This document shows positions 22,501-34,500 of a DNA stretch of 64,000 nt, in pieces. Position 1 is the stretch's first letter. Each line of letters starts with the position of its first letter. Position numbers and translations under genes: made by a program. The notes beneath the pieces were generated by a model, which was not told where the DNA came from, made no database searches, and saw nothing but the letters and a program-made list of their open reading frames with translations. The stretch lies in assembly GCA_965202585.1 (NCBI GenBank), contig OZ241827.1, positions 58,032,001 through 58,096,000 of the forward strand, in the 5' to 3' direction. This DNA is from Thalia democratica. Lineage: Eukaryota.

Positions 22501-25500
22501 CCAAAGAATTATCGATTAAAATTTGCGAGTTTCTTTGAAGACCGTTGACGTCTTTGTTCCATTGAACAAATGGTTCTGGTGAGCCTGGAATATTTATTTT
22601 TAATAAACATAAAACTTGTCATGAAATAAAATTTTGTCTTTAGTCCTTAAATAAACTTTGAAATTAATCAATGTTTCTACTGTGTGATTTTAATAAAACA
22701 TCATTGTTGAAAACTCAATGTTGCTACACACAATGTACAAATTAGATATAAATTTAATTTTAAACTGCAATAGCAGCTGCTTTGGGTGTAATTTTCATTA
22801 TTTTTTGACATAATGTACAAAATGAAAACTCGTAAAGTGTATGTAATACAACTTGCGTAACTTTTTTATTAAATATAGTCTGGCGGAAGTTTTGTAATGC
22901 TCTGACTTACTTTCTAAATCTTGTAAGTTTGCGTAATTTAATAACGTGAATGAATGAATTGAATTATAAACTACTTAGTTAGCTAATGTAAATTTTAGCC
23001 GTTGTCTGTTTGTGAATTAGTAATAAACATTTAAAAAAAGAAACTTATTCTCAAAACTAGCGTTAAAAAAAAAATTCTAATGAGTTAAGAAAAAAGTCTT
23101 ATCACTTAGAAAAAAAAGTGAAAATTTTATACATTATAAAACTTAATATTTCACTGTAATAACCTCTAGTCGGGCACCTGATAACAACGCGGGCCCCTAA
23201 TCTTGCCCTGACATGCGACCCAACTGTCACTGTCAAGTCCATGGACACAAAATCGTCAACATATCTGGTGGTGGACACAACTGTTGGTTTGTTGGTGACC
23301 GTCAATGAAACCATTCGGCTGTCATTTCCCCACTGATTGGTTGCCATGCAAACGTAGTTGCCAGCATCTGATGTTTCGGGGTTGAAAATTCTCAGGGATC
23401 CATCACCGAGCTTGATCATTCTGTTTTAAGATTTAATATTTTTATGTGTTTAACTATGAATGTTTATAAACTAGAACCTATTTCAAGTGTCTACATTACT
23501 GTTCAAGTTCCGACAACGCTAGTTTCTACAAAAAAATGTAAGGGGCCATAACTTCGAAAAATAGTTTTAGTTTAAAAAAGGCCAACTTAGTTATAATAAC
23601 TCTAGTAAATAAAATTATAATTGTGAATAAACTGAAAAGTTGTTAAGAGAAAAAAATTAAATAATAAAAAAATATATATTTTAATAAAATCTCTTTTAAG
23701 ATGAAATATTTTCTTTCTATGTTTAACTATGATTGATTAAAAATTTAAACCTAATTCAAGGGGTTAAATGAATGTTTAATTTCCGACGAAGCTGGTTTTT
23801 ATAAAATTGTAAAGAGCTATAACTTCAAAAGTATTTGTTATTGAAAAAACTCATTTAGTTATTATAACTCTAAATGATAAAACTATATTTGTGAAGAAAT
23901 TGAACGATTATTTAGGATAAAAAGTTAAGTAATAAATACAAATATGTTTTAGTAAACTCTAATATTGCTTTTAACTCTATCTTAGAACTAAAATATTTTT
24001 AAACAAATAACAATGTGCATGTAAGTCTTATTATTTACTTTACTAAAATGCATAATTCAAAATAACTACAAGTTATAAGAACTTCAGATGTCGGAATTTT
24101 AATTGTCAGAAATTGAGTAGTCGTAAACTCATTTCATGTAGTGTAGATAAAGTTTGAACAAAAAAGCTGTGTAACTAATAAATCAAACCTGTCGTTATTT
24201 TTAATTTCTTGCCCGTCTTTCATCCACTTCACTTTAATAGGGTATTCCCCTGTAACCTCGCACAAAATGGTCACCCGTCGCGACCCAACAACCACCACCG
24301 ACCCTCCGACGTTGACTATGACGTCATCATTGTACTGAAGGGGGTCGATAGTCGGTGCAACATGGATAGATGGCGCCTTTTTCACCCTATTTTCGTCGGT
24401 AGGGGGAGGCGTTGTCGTGACAACCACAGTGGATTGTTTCGAGTCCAACGGAAGGTGCTTTCGTTCTCTGTAGCCTGAAATTACGTTTTAATTTAAGAAA
24501 AATAGTTAAAGTAAAATGCATGTTTTGTTGAATGTGTTTAATGAAACTGAGAGAAATTTGAAAAGTTTTTCAAATTTTACTAAACTTATTGAGACGTCAG
24601 AAAGTAAATCATTTCAAAAGTATAAACATAAAACTCTATAACTTTTAAAAGTCTAAAAAATCTAATGGCATATTTACTTAAATAACCTAAAAAGTCAGTT
24701 TTAGCAGGCACAATCTCTTGTAGTTGGACGACTTTGTAATCGTTGACTATGTGAGGTTTCTTTCTAATTACCTTCTTGTTCACAGCTTTAGTTCCAGCTG
24801 CGAGCCTTAAATGCTGCAAAAGTTTAAAGTTGAAACGCGAAGTTGTGTGTATACATGGAATTTTAATACAATTAACTTGTGCAATGGAAGTCGCTCCTAT
24901 GCTAAGAATTTACTGAACAGATATTTTAACTTATTGGGTCGTGTTGTTACAAACTTTAAAAATAAAAATTACCTAATGATTTTTGAAATCAAATTAAATT
25001 TTTTTATTAGTATTTTGATGCAAATGTTTAATAATTCAAGGAAGCTTTTTAAGTTTGTATGTAAATTTCGTAAACGTAAAAAGTGACAAACTTTTCTATC
25101 GCTGTAATTGGTAATGTATTGTTGAAAAGCTTGACCCCCTTCTTGCAAATGGTTCTCTTTGACTTGCACTAAACCTTTGTGTGATCCGCTGGCAGCTTCT
25201 AAAGGTTAATTAGATACAAAGTTAATATTTAAAGTTTTTAATTAGTTGCTTTTCATGTTCTTACACGCATTTTCATGCAATATAAAGCTGTCATATGTAA
25301 ATCGACGCTATTATTTGCTTTTGAACTACTGCAAACTTTTAAAATGCTAAGCTTTATTATTACTTTCTATTATTAATAGCTTAGAAAAATACTATACAGT
25401 TCTTATTTAAAACAAAATTTTTACGGAATGTGAAAAATTTTGCAACCATAAATTTTTCAAATCTTTTGTTGAACTTGTGTTACAAATAAAGTTAACTTTT

Positions 25501-28500
25501 AAAGCTTTATTAGTCTACAAAGGGTTACGTAATTCAAAATCTCATTCAAACCATGTTAAGTGCATAAAGAGAGAATAAAAACGTTTTTTATGAACCCGCT
25601 TTATAAAGCTCTTTAATTTTTAATTTATAATGCAGATCTCATTAAAAAATTGTACATCATTTATCAGCATATAAATCAAGTTGTTGATCAAAAAATTAAG
25701 TTTGAGAAATTGCTGTTTATTTTAATTGAACACAAAAGTACAAGTGACGTAATTTATAAACACAAAGATTTGCATTCAGAAAAGATTTCTGATGTCTAAA
25801 AAATCTAATTTTGTTATTTCAAAATCTTTAATTTAATTAATTACTGAGTTTTTAAGCTAATTTTATTTTTCACTTATTATACAGCATCTTATCGGCATTA
25901 AAAAAGTTTAAACTTTTAAAGTAACATATTGTATAGTAACAAACTTTCGAATTTAAGTATAATTTATTTTACAAATAAAGTACTTAACGCAAAACAGTCA
26001 TAAACTTAAATTAAGTTGATTAAATTTTTGTTATTGGTGATTAGGATTACTTAACATAAAATAAAAATAAACTTTTGTTAATGAGAACGAGCAGCTTGCT
26101 CCTGCCATGTCCTCCCTGGCACTTAACCACCTGCCTCCTCCTCATCCTGATCTTGCTCATCTTCAGATTGCCCCCCTTCGTCACCATCACCTTCCCCCGC
26201 CTGCTCTTCACCCTACGCTTGTTGACGAACCACGCGTGTTTTGATGGCGCACCGCTGAGCAAAATAGAACTAATTAGCTGGGAGAAATAACATTTAAGAT
26301 CACCGCAATGTAAAAATAGCTTTAATTAGCTCCAAATGGAAGACTGATGTCCGAAAATATCGCCCATTAACGAAACATCACAAAATTTGCACTGCATTAC
26401 TCAATATAGCGCGCCAAACTATATGAGACCCTTTGAAGCCAAAATAGCAAAAGTTGTTTGCAGATATTTGTTTATTTTTTAATGTAAAACTAGGCCACCG
26501 TCTGAAGTTGTTGGGCAAACAGGAGGCGAAATTTCCTTTGATTGATGTCACCTTGTTTGCCCACTTGCCATCAAATAATCAAATGAGCAAATAAAGAGGC
26601 AGATAATCAAAGCTAATTGCCTCCATCGTTCTCTCCCGTTTGCCGATAAGCAAACTTTATTTTGTAGCGCATTGACCTTGCACGTGACGGTGTTTATTGT
26701 TTGCATTAAAACTCACTTTTTGAAGCTGCACTTGGCGATGATGGTGGTTCCAGGGATGACGAAGGCCTTCAGCGGGAGGGTCAGTTGGAGGGGGATTTTT
26801 CTGGCCGATTTTTGTACGAATACTCTCAGCCCTCCGTTGATCTTGGTCGGGTTGGGCCTTCTTTGGATGGTTGTTTGCCCTTCTTGATTCGAAGCTGTAA
26901 AATACTTAATTAGAACAATATACAAATTACTTAGACGTAGAAGACTTCAAAAGGTAATGAATTATATTTAATTAGACACATGGTTGACTCACCCAAGCTG
27001 GACATACATTTCCTGTGCAGTGAGCAACTCCTTCTGACCGGAAGTGCTTTCAGGTTTTTGCAGTATTTCGATTTCGCACTAGTTTTGTGCCAATTTCCGT
27101 ATTTCATGTACATGCAGACAACTTTTCTTGTTTGCCAACCTTTTCGTAACTTTGTGCAGTCGCCTTTGCACTAAAAAAAGATTTCAGCTGTGCATTTTGA
27201 AGTTTTTGAAAGTAATTAAAAAAGTAAATTAACAAACATAATGTTATTTATGAGTTATAGTAATAAATGCCCAGTAGTAACATTTTTATATAAAAATATT
27301 TTAAAACTGTTTAATTGTTGCTAATTATGTCAATTACAGGCAAGATACTTAATAAATTGAAAAATATATATACTTCACTCCAATCTTCCGCAGTAAATTT
27401 CGGTTCGCACTCTTTAACTTTGCACTTTCTCCTTGTCAACCGATACGGTTTGCTCTTGGAACAATATTTTGAAGGCACCTGAATCAATTTGCCTGTTCCT
27501 GTTCTCTGCTTGCACAGGAACGAAACTTCACGAAACCCGTTGCCACATTGCTCAGAACACTAAAATTATTACTTTTTTTCAATGAAAAATTCTCAAAATA
27601 GGTGAGTAGGCTCAATTACTAGGCTAAGCTCAATGAATGATCTTAGTCTTTTAACCTTGTCAAATGTTCAGATCTCGCTTAAATTGGTTTAATAATTTAA
27701 GAAAAGAATCTTACTATCAAGAATATATTTAGGTATGTCAATAGATTTTTAAAACTAACCTTTCCGAGACCAGACTTCATCCAGACAGGGGGACAGGTGG
27801 CAAACCCGCAAGGTTCAACCGACTGAGGTTTTGGGTTTGGGCACATGATTTCAGGCATGACGTCATCGTTGGTGACGTGGTGAGTGGAATTTTCAGGCAT
27901 GAACTTGCACGTGACAGATCTTTTTCTGATCCCTCTGCCGCACATTTTCGAACACGAACCGTACTGACCTATTTCCCATCTGAAAAATTATTGGAAGGTT
28001 TTCAATATATTTTTAGTTTATTATATTATTTAAAAGTTATTATAAGGAGAGCCTATTGAAAATATTAAAACTAGTTTAATTCAACTTACTTTTTATTTTT
28101 ATTTATCAAAAATGTTACTTTAAAGGCTATGTTTTAATTATAAACATAGATACATTCAGCTTTTTTAAAGACACTTATATAATAACTATTAAAAATTCAA
28201 ACTATATCATTTAGTTTTTTTTTTCTAATCAAGTTGTAATAAAATGTTTTAGTTATGTTTAGATAAGAATAAATAAACTTATTTCATACAAACATACCAA
28301 ATCAGAATTTTTTTGTTTAAAGTCAGCTTAAGTATGAAAAAACTGCAAAAAGATATGACATCAAAAATTAATTAGAACAGGTAAACTTGTTTTATAATTA
28401 TTAAATGCGTTATTACACTATTGGCTCGTATGTAGCTTATGCAAACATTAATTTTATAATAAGTATTTTAAAGTTTAATGAGTTTATACGAAGCAAACAT

Positions 28501-31500
28501 ATAAAAGTTTACTGAACTTAATCCTCTATATAAACAAGTTGTGAAGTGTGTTTTTTCTCATGTACTACTTTATTGGTTGTTATTGTATTTTAGCCTTACT
28601 AAAGACATCAAACTTTTGTACTTTGCGTATAAATTTTCTCATTTAAAACAGGAGGCTTAAATGACATCACAGTAAAAAGTTTTCATTTGACACTATATAA
28701 ACCTTGTAGCAATCAATTTTTTTATTAGGTACAACATAATTAGTTTAAAGTTAATTAGTCATGACAATACTAAAAACTGTTTAGAATTGTTTCTTAAAAG
28801 TACTTACCTAATTGGGATACTTTGACAGGGTCCAATAGCAACTAAAAAAACCGCCAAGTTACAATAATAAGCACTTAAAAAGATTATGTTTGTTTTATAC
28901 ATAACATTCCGAAACTGCTAAATGTAAGTGAAGTTAGTTTGCTTTATTTTCAACTAAAACTTCAATTTGGAAACAAAATAAATAAGTTATATCTATGCAA
29001 AGTAGTTGTTATAGAATACTTTCTAATAAAATATTTTGTTTCAAAAACGTTTAAAAGTACTAAGCTGTTTTGTATTGCGATATAAAAGTTTAAATTTTTA
29101 CAAAAAAAAAAAACTATGATATATAGAATACGAAGTTAAATAGCAAATTAAAAACAACAAAACTAATTTTAATTTTACAAAATTCTCCGACCTTGTTAAC
29201 AACCAACTTAACAGTATTTAGTGTAAATACTACTTTTGTGTTTTTTATATGCTAAAGCTTCTTTGTTTAACAATCCTTATATAGACTGATTTCAACTTTT
29301 TCTGCAGAAAGCTTAGATCAAAGTTGTCATAAAATTCACTACTACTTGAAATTGAATTGACATCATAATGAACATGCTTTCGTGTCTATGCAATTTTATA
29401 AGTTCATTCAAAATAAAATTTTATTGTTTTTAGTCTCGTGTAAACAGCTTACATCACTATATTGATGCAGTTGTCATTGAAAAATGTTTTGAGAAGATTT
29501 TTAATTAAAAGCGCCACAAAGCTTTGAAAAGATCAGTTGAAAATAGTATGAAATATGAGTAAGTTTTTTTAATAAGAAGGTATTTATATTTAGATTTCAA
29601 ACTTTTCACACGAAATTGTAATGTTGACAGAAAACAAAAACATTGACGAATACAATGTGTTACTAAATCTGTCTGTCATAAACTTCAGCTTTAAATAAAA
29701 TTGTTTCAGCTTAAGTCTGGTTCAAAGGTAAAAAGCTACTTTTAGACCTCAAGCTTTAAATTTGATTGAAAAACTTAAAAGTAAAACGTAGTTACTAAAA
29801 TTATATTATTCTCCGATGAAGTCTTTGAAATCTTTCTTTTATATTCTGGAAACAAAAACAACTGAAATATCACATAAAACAATGAAAATGTTGTTTCTTA
29901 AATGTGAATAATCGAAAAAATTAACATTATACTAATTAGTTTTTTTAAGAACAAATTACCTACAAAAAGTATTTTTAAAGTTTTCTATCTTTTTAATTTT
30001 TGCAACAAAATATCTATTGTACTATTTAACATCTTTTAACACTAATTCAGTTTAATCAAGTGCAATAATTAACTAGTTTTGAGCACTGCGACTGATTTGA
30101 AATTCTGCAACATGTTCTCACAACTTTATATACCTTGCTATGCTAACAAAGTCTGCGACAACTGAACGTTCAAACAAATACAAAAGGTATTTATTGCCGT
30201 TTTAAAAATGTTGAAAACGCTTTCACCTTTTTCTGTGTCTAAAAACCAAAGCAAACACGAGTTGAATGGCAAAGAACAAACGAATTTAATAAATATTTAC
30301 TCACATTCGTTCTAATTCTCCACAATCTCTTATTTTTGTTTACCTACTTCCGAACTACACCACTTCACTGCCTACGATTAAAACTTTTAAAACTTTTCAC
30401 GTTTTTTTTTCTATACACGGGTAATTCTGCGTAGAATCACAAGCATAGGGCTGTTTGTACAGCGAAGCCATCTTGACTGGGCTCAATGCCGGAAACGCGT
30501 TCTGTTTGGTTAGGAAAGTGCGCATTTGGTGTCGTAAATGTGCCTTTTATTTTTGTTTGGAAATTTTGACCGGTCGCATTTATATATTCGTGAAGCGTTT
30601 GTTGCATACGCTTTTCAACATATAAGTAAAGTTTACCTACGAAACCAGTTTTTATGTGTAGAACGTAAATGCTCTGCACATGAAAGAAGCTTTATTTATA
30701 CTTCGGAAATGTCATACAATTTACAATTTTAACATAAGCGCCAACATTAAAGAACTTTTCAGAAAGCACAAAGAGTTTATAAAAGTTATGGAGAAAAAAA
30801 TAAATTAAAATTGTATATTTTGTCTCAATTATGATTTAAGTTTAATATTTTAAATAGTTTTAAATAACTGTTATATACTCTATGTAAAGAACTACAATTA
30901 AACCGTTGTAACCTCAGTTTAATAAAGATAAAGTTCATCATTAATGATCCGGCTTGATTAATTTTTTCACCTGGCCGTTTTTGCACAGCAGTTTCAAAAC
31001 ATTCAGAACCGGAGAGCGCATTAATATATTAGCGAGCGCAGCCGACCGCATTGAGTTGTGAAATCAACAACTCTCACGCCGATCCGCATGAGTGGTCACC
31101 AACGAAAAAACACAAAGTGGTGGGGGTTTGCTCTCGATGGTTTCAGAACAGCGTCTCGTCGGTTGATTAAACCGCGCTAATTCGTTGCACTGGAGTGATG
31201 GATCACATCAGTATAAATACATCATACCGCTTCCTATACAACCGAAATCGACCTTATATGCCACAATGCAGTTGTAATACTGCCGTTCATAAACAGTATC
31301 CTGCGCGTGACAGTTTAGTGATAAACAAACCGTACTCATAATAACTTAATGGATGTCATTTTGTTGCTGAGTTTGAACGGATAAGAGCGTCGTTGCTGGC
31401 GATTTAATTGTGAATAAAAATGCTTTTATCAAATCAGTGGTTTTTAGTATTTTAAATTCAATTGTTTGTAAAAAATTTGCACGACGATTTATCATTATCA

Positions 31501-34500
31501 GTAATATAAATATTTCTAATATTATATAACAGTGCGGTAACCATCTTTTTGGAATTTTTTTTTATTTTGCTAGTATTTTTAAACTTTCTTTTTTTTATGG
31601 TAGTCTTTATAGTATAATTTCGTATAGAAGTAAGCATCTTAAAAAAAAAAATGCTTTACTTTTAAATGTATCACACTGGTATAAGTTTTGAATTTCTAAA
31701 CTTTGAAATTTAGCTGTGAACAACGAAATTATTTAAAATATGCATTTTTTCACCTACAAAATGCGAAAAAAAAAACTGAAAATACTTCTATTTATTATAA
31801 ACAATTGACGTTATTTATTCTAATAACTAAATACAGTAGACTACCGCTTAAGTACGCACTTTTTTTGGTACGCACCCCGCCTTAAGTACGCACTTATCCA
31901 GAAAGACAAAAACAAAATTTTATATATTTTTAACTGTGCCGTTATATATACAATTTATTTATCCAAATAAAAGATGTTATATTAGAACTTCGCAGAAATT
32001 CCAGTTTTTTTGCCTAAATTTTTAATCATCAAGTTTTTCCAGATTATTTTATGTTTCCAGGTAGAATTGCCAACCTGCTGAGTTAGCCTGAGACTTTAAC
32101 AACTTTTAAACTAGGGTGAGTAATCCTGAGTAGTCTAAAGGGCCTGAGATTGTGACAGTCCTGTTATTAAATGTTAAGAAACTAAATACTTATGTAGTGG
32201 TTGCAGAAAAGTGAAAAAAAAGTAAGGATATTTGAGCTTAATATTCTTTTTTATATCATTAACTGACATTGACTTTCTATATTAAATGTATGTATTAATT
32301 ATGTAAAAACTTTTTATAGAAAAAATAAATCATTTTAAAATCTATTAAAAATTTTGCAGACTAGAATTATGTATTAAATGTTATTTAGAATAAAAAGACT
32401 CGTTTATTTGGTGGCTAACTGTAAGAAAACAAACAACTAAATTTCATATTACACTATGTCGTCAAAAAGTACGCACTACCCGTGCTAAGTACGCACTTTC
32501 TGGTCAGCTTCAATTTGCGTACTTAAGCGGTAGTCTACTGTAATACATATTCAGAGTAAAGTATTGTAAAAAATAACTTTAAACCAATCCCTAACTATCA
32601 AGATAAACTTTTTCATAAAACTTGTTTTTAGTTCGAGGTATTTAAAATAGTATGGATACTGATAAAGCTTCTTACACTTGAAACTAGATAACTATTGTTT
32701 AGTTATTTATCTATCCTTATTTACAACCTTTAAAATAAACTTAAACATCTACCTGGAACAAAACAAAAATAAAACAGTTTATAAATTTTAAACTGACATA
32801 AAAAATAACTCAAAAACCTATTAACTTCCAATTACCTAAGTCTTTTAATAACCTAATCTAGTCTCAGCAGCTACTAAATAAAATCTGAACACAAATTAAT
32901 CGAGCTTGTGTCTTTTGTCGAGTAGCTACTGTTAACACACAGCGCAGCCATCGCACTATTGTGCTACAACAGAGCCTGCGACAAAAACAAAAAAGAAAAA
33001 AGGTTTTTGTGTGTCGGGGTGGTCGTAGTACAACAAATTGTTGAAGTGGCACAGAAGTGCAACTCGTTGTTTTTTCATGACAAAAGACCACTAATGAGTT
33101 TTTATACGAACTTGTGTGTATTATTGCCGCAACACGATTAATTTACTACGAGTTGGTCTATGACGTAACTTTTTTAAATTTTTGGAAGAATTAAGACTTT
33201 TGTTCATTTTTTTTTGCACAAAAAAGACACTTATTTGTCAGTTTCGTTTTGGTGTATGTTTTATATTTAATTACAAACTTTCATAATGTAAGCTTAGTAA
33301 CAATGATGCCTGCTTTCTAAATTTGGAATTGTTGAGCTAATATGCTTTTGATCATAAAAGGAAGTAACATTAATTAAATCTGCGTTGGTTGATAATTAAG
33401 AAATATGAACATCTAAAAGCCTAGTAAAAACACATAAAAAAACTTTTACAAACGCAAGGTTGTTTAACCGAAAACTTCAGTGTATTAGCAGTGCAGTGCG
33501 TTATGGGATTAGTGTCGTTTTAAAACAATATAAATACAAATTTTCATAAGATCTGACACCGGGCCAAATTAAAGGTGTGCCGACGAACAAAGCTGAAAAC
33601 CTCAAAATTTAATAACCAAGTTGAAACTTTCGCGTTATACTAAACCCTTAAATTATTATTTTGATTTTACTTGAGCTTTTAGCGTTTCTAACTGGTAATG
33701 TTTCGTGATGTTCGGAAGTTTTCATAGGTCTTTAGTGCTAACTTCGATACAAAACCGTCTTATTACAAAATCGTCATAAAGTTAATTTAAAAAAAAAAAC
33801 GTTCATAGTTTTTCGCAGTTTTTTTTTTGCTGCTATTTGTATACTTCTTATACTTGGTTTTTCATTAAAAAAAATTGATTTCAAAAGACTTACGACGTTA
33901 TTTTTGACTTTAAAAGTATTCAATAAACTTTTTTGACTTATAAACTAAAAATCAAAACCTACAGTGCCTAAATAGCATTACTACTAGTAATAAAGGCATG
34001 CTTAGCTTTCTAAATAAAAGATAATAATATTTGATTTAAAAAGATCTCTATGAATTTTAGCTTTTAAATAGTTTTAAAACTAAGTTATAATGTTAAAATG
34101 AAATTTCTTTATATAGCGAAATAGATTACACAATCACATTACATAATATTTTATTATCGAAAGATGTTTTATTGTCAAACACAATTAATACTCGTTTAGG
34201 GTTGTAAAATGATGTTGTTTAATCTCATAAACATTGCTTTTATTAGGTAAAATAATACTTCAACTCCTAAAAACTTCAAAGGAAAACTTTTTAAAATGAC
34301 TATTAAAAAAACCTCAAGTTTTTATTTTCTTTAAAAAATACTTTTTGTAATAAATTTATTACAAAAATAAACATATTGTTTGCAAACAACAAAATAACAT
34401 TTTAAAACAAACTTGATAGTTTAAACTCTCGGTAAACGTTTATTTATTTCTAAAGAAGATTACATTGAAAAAAACTAGTTTATAGTTTTTTATTCTATAA

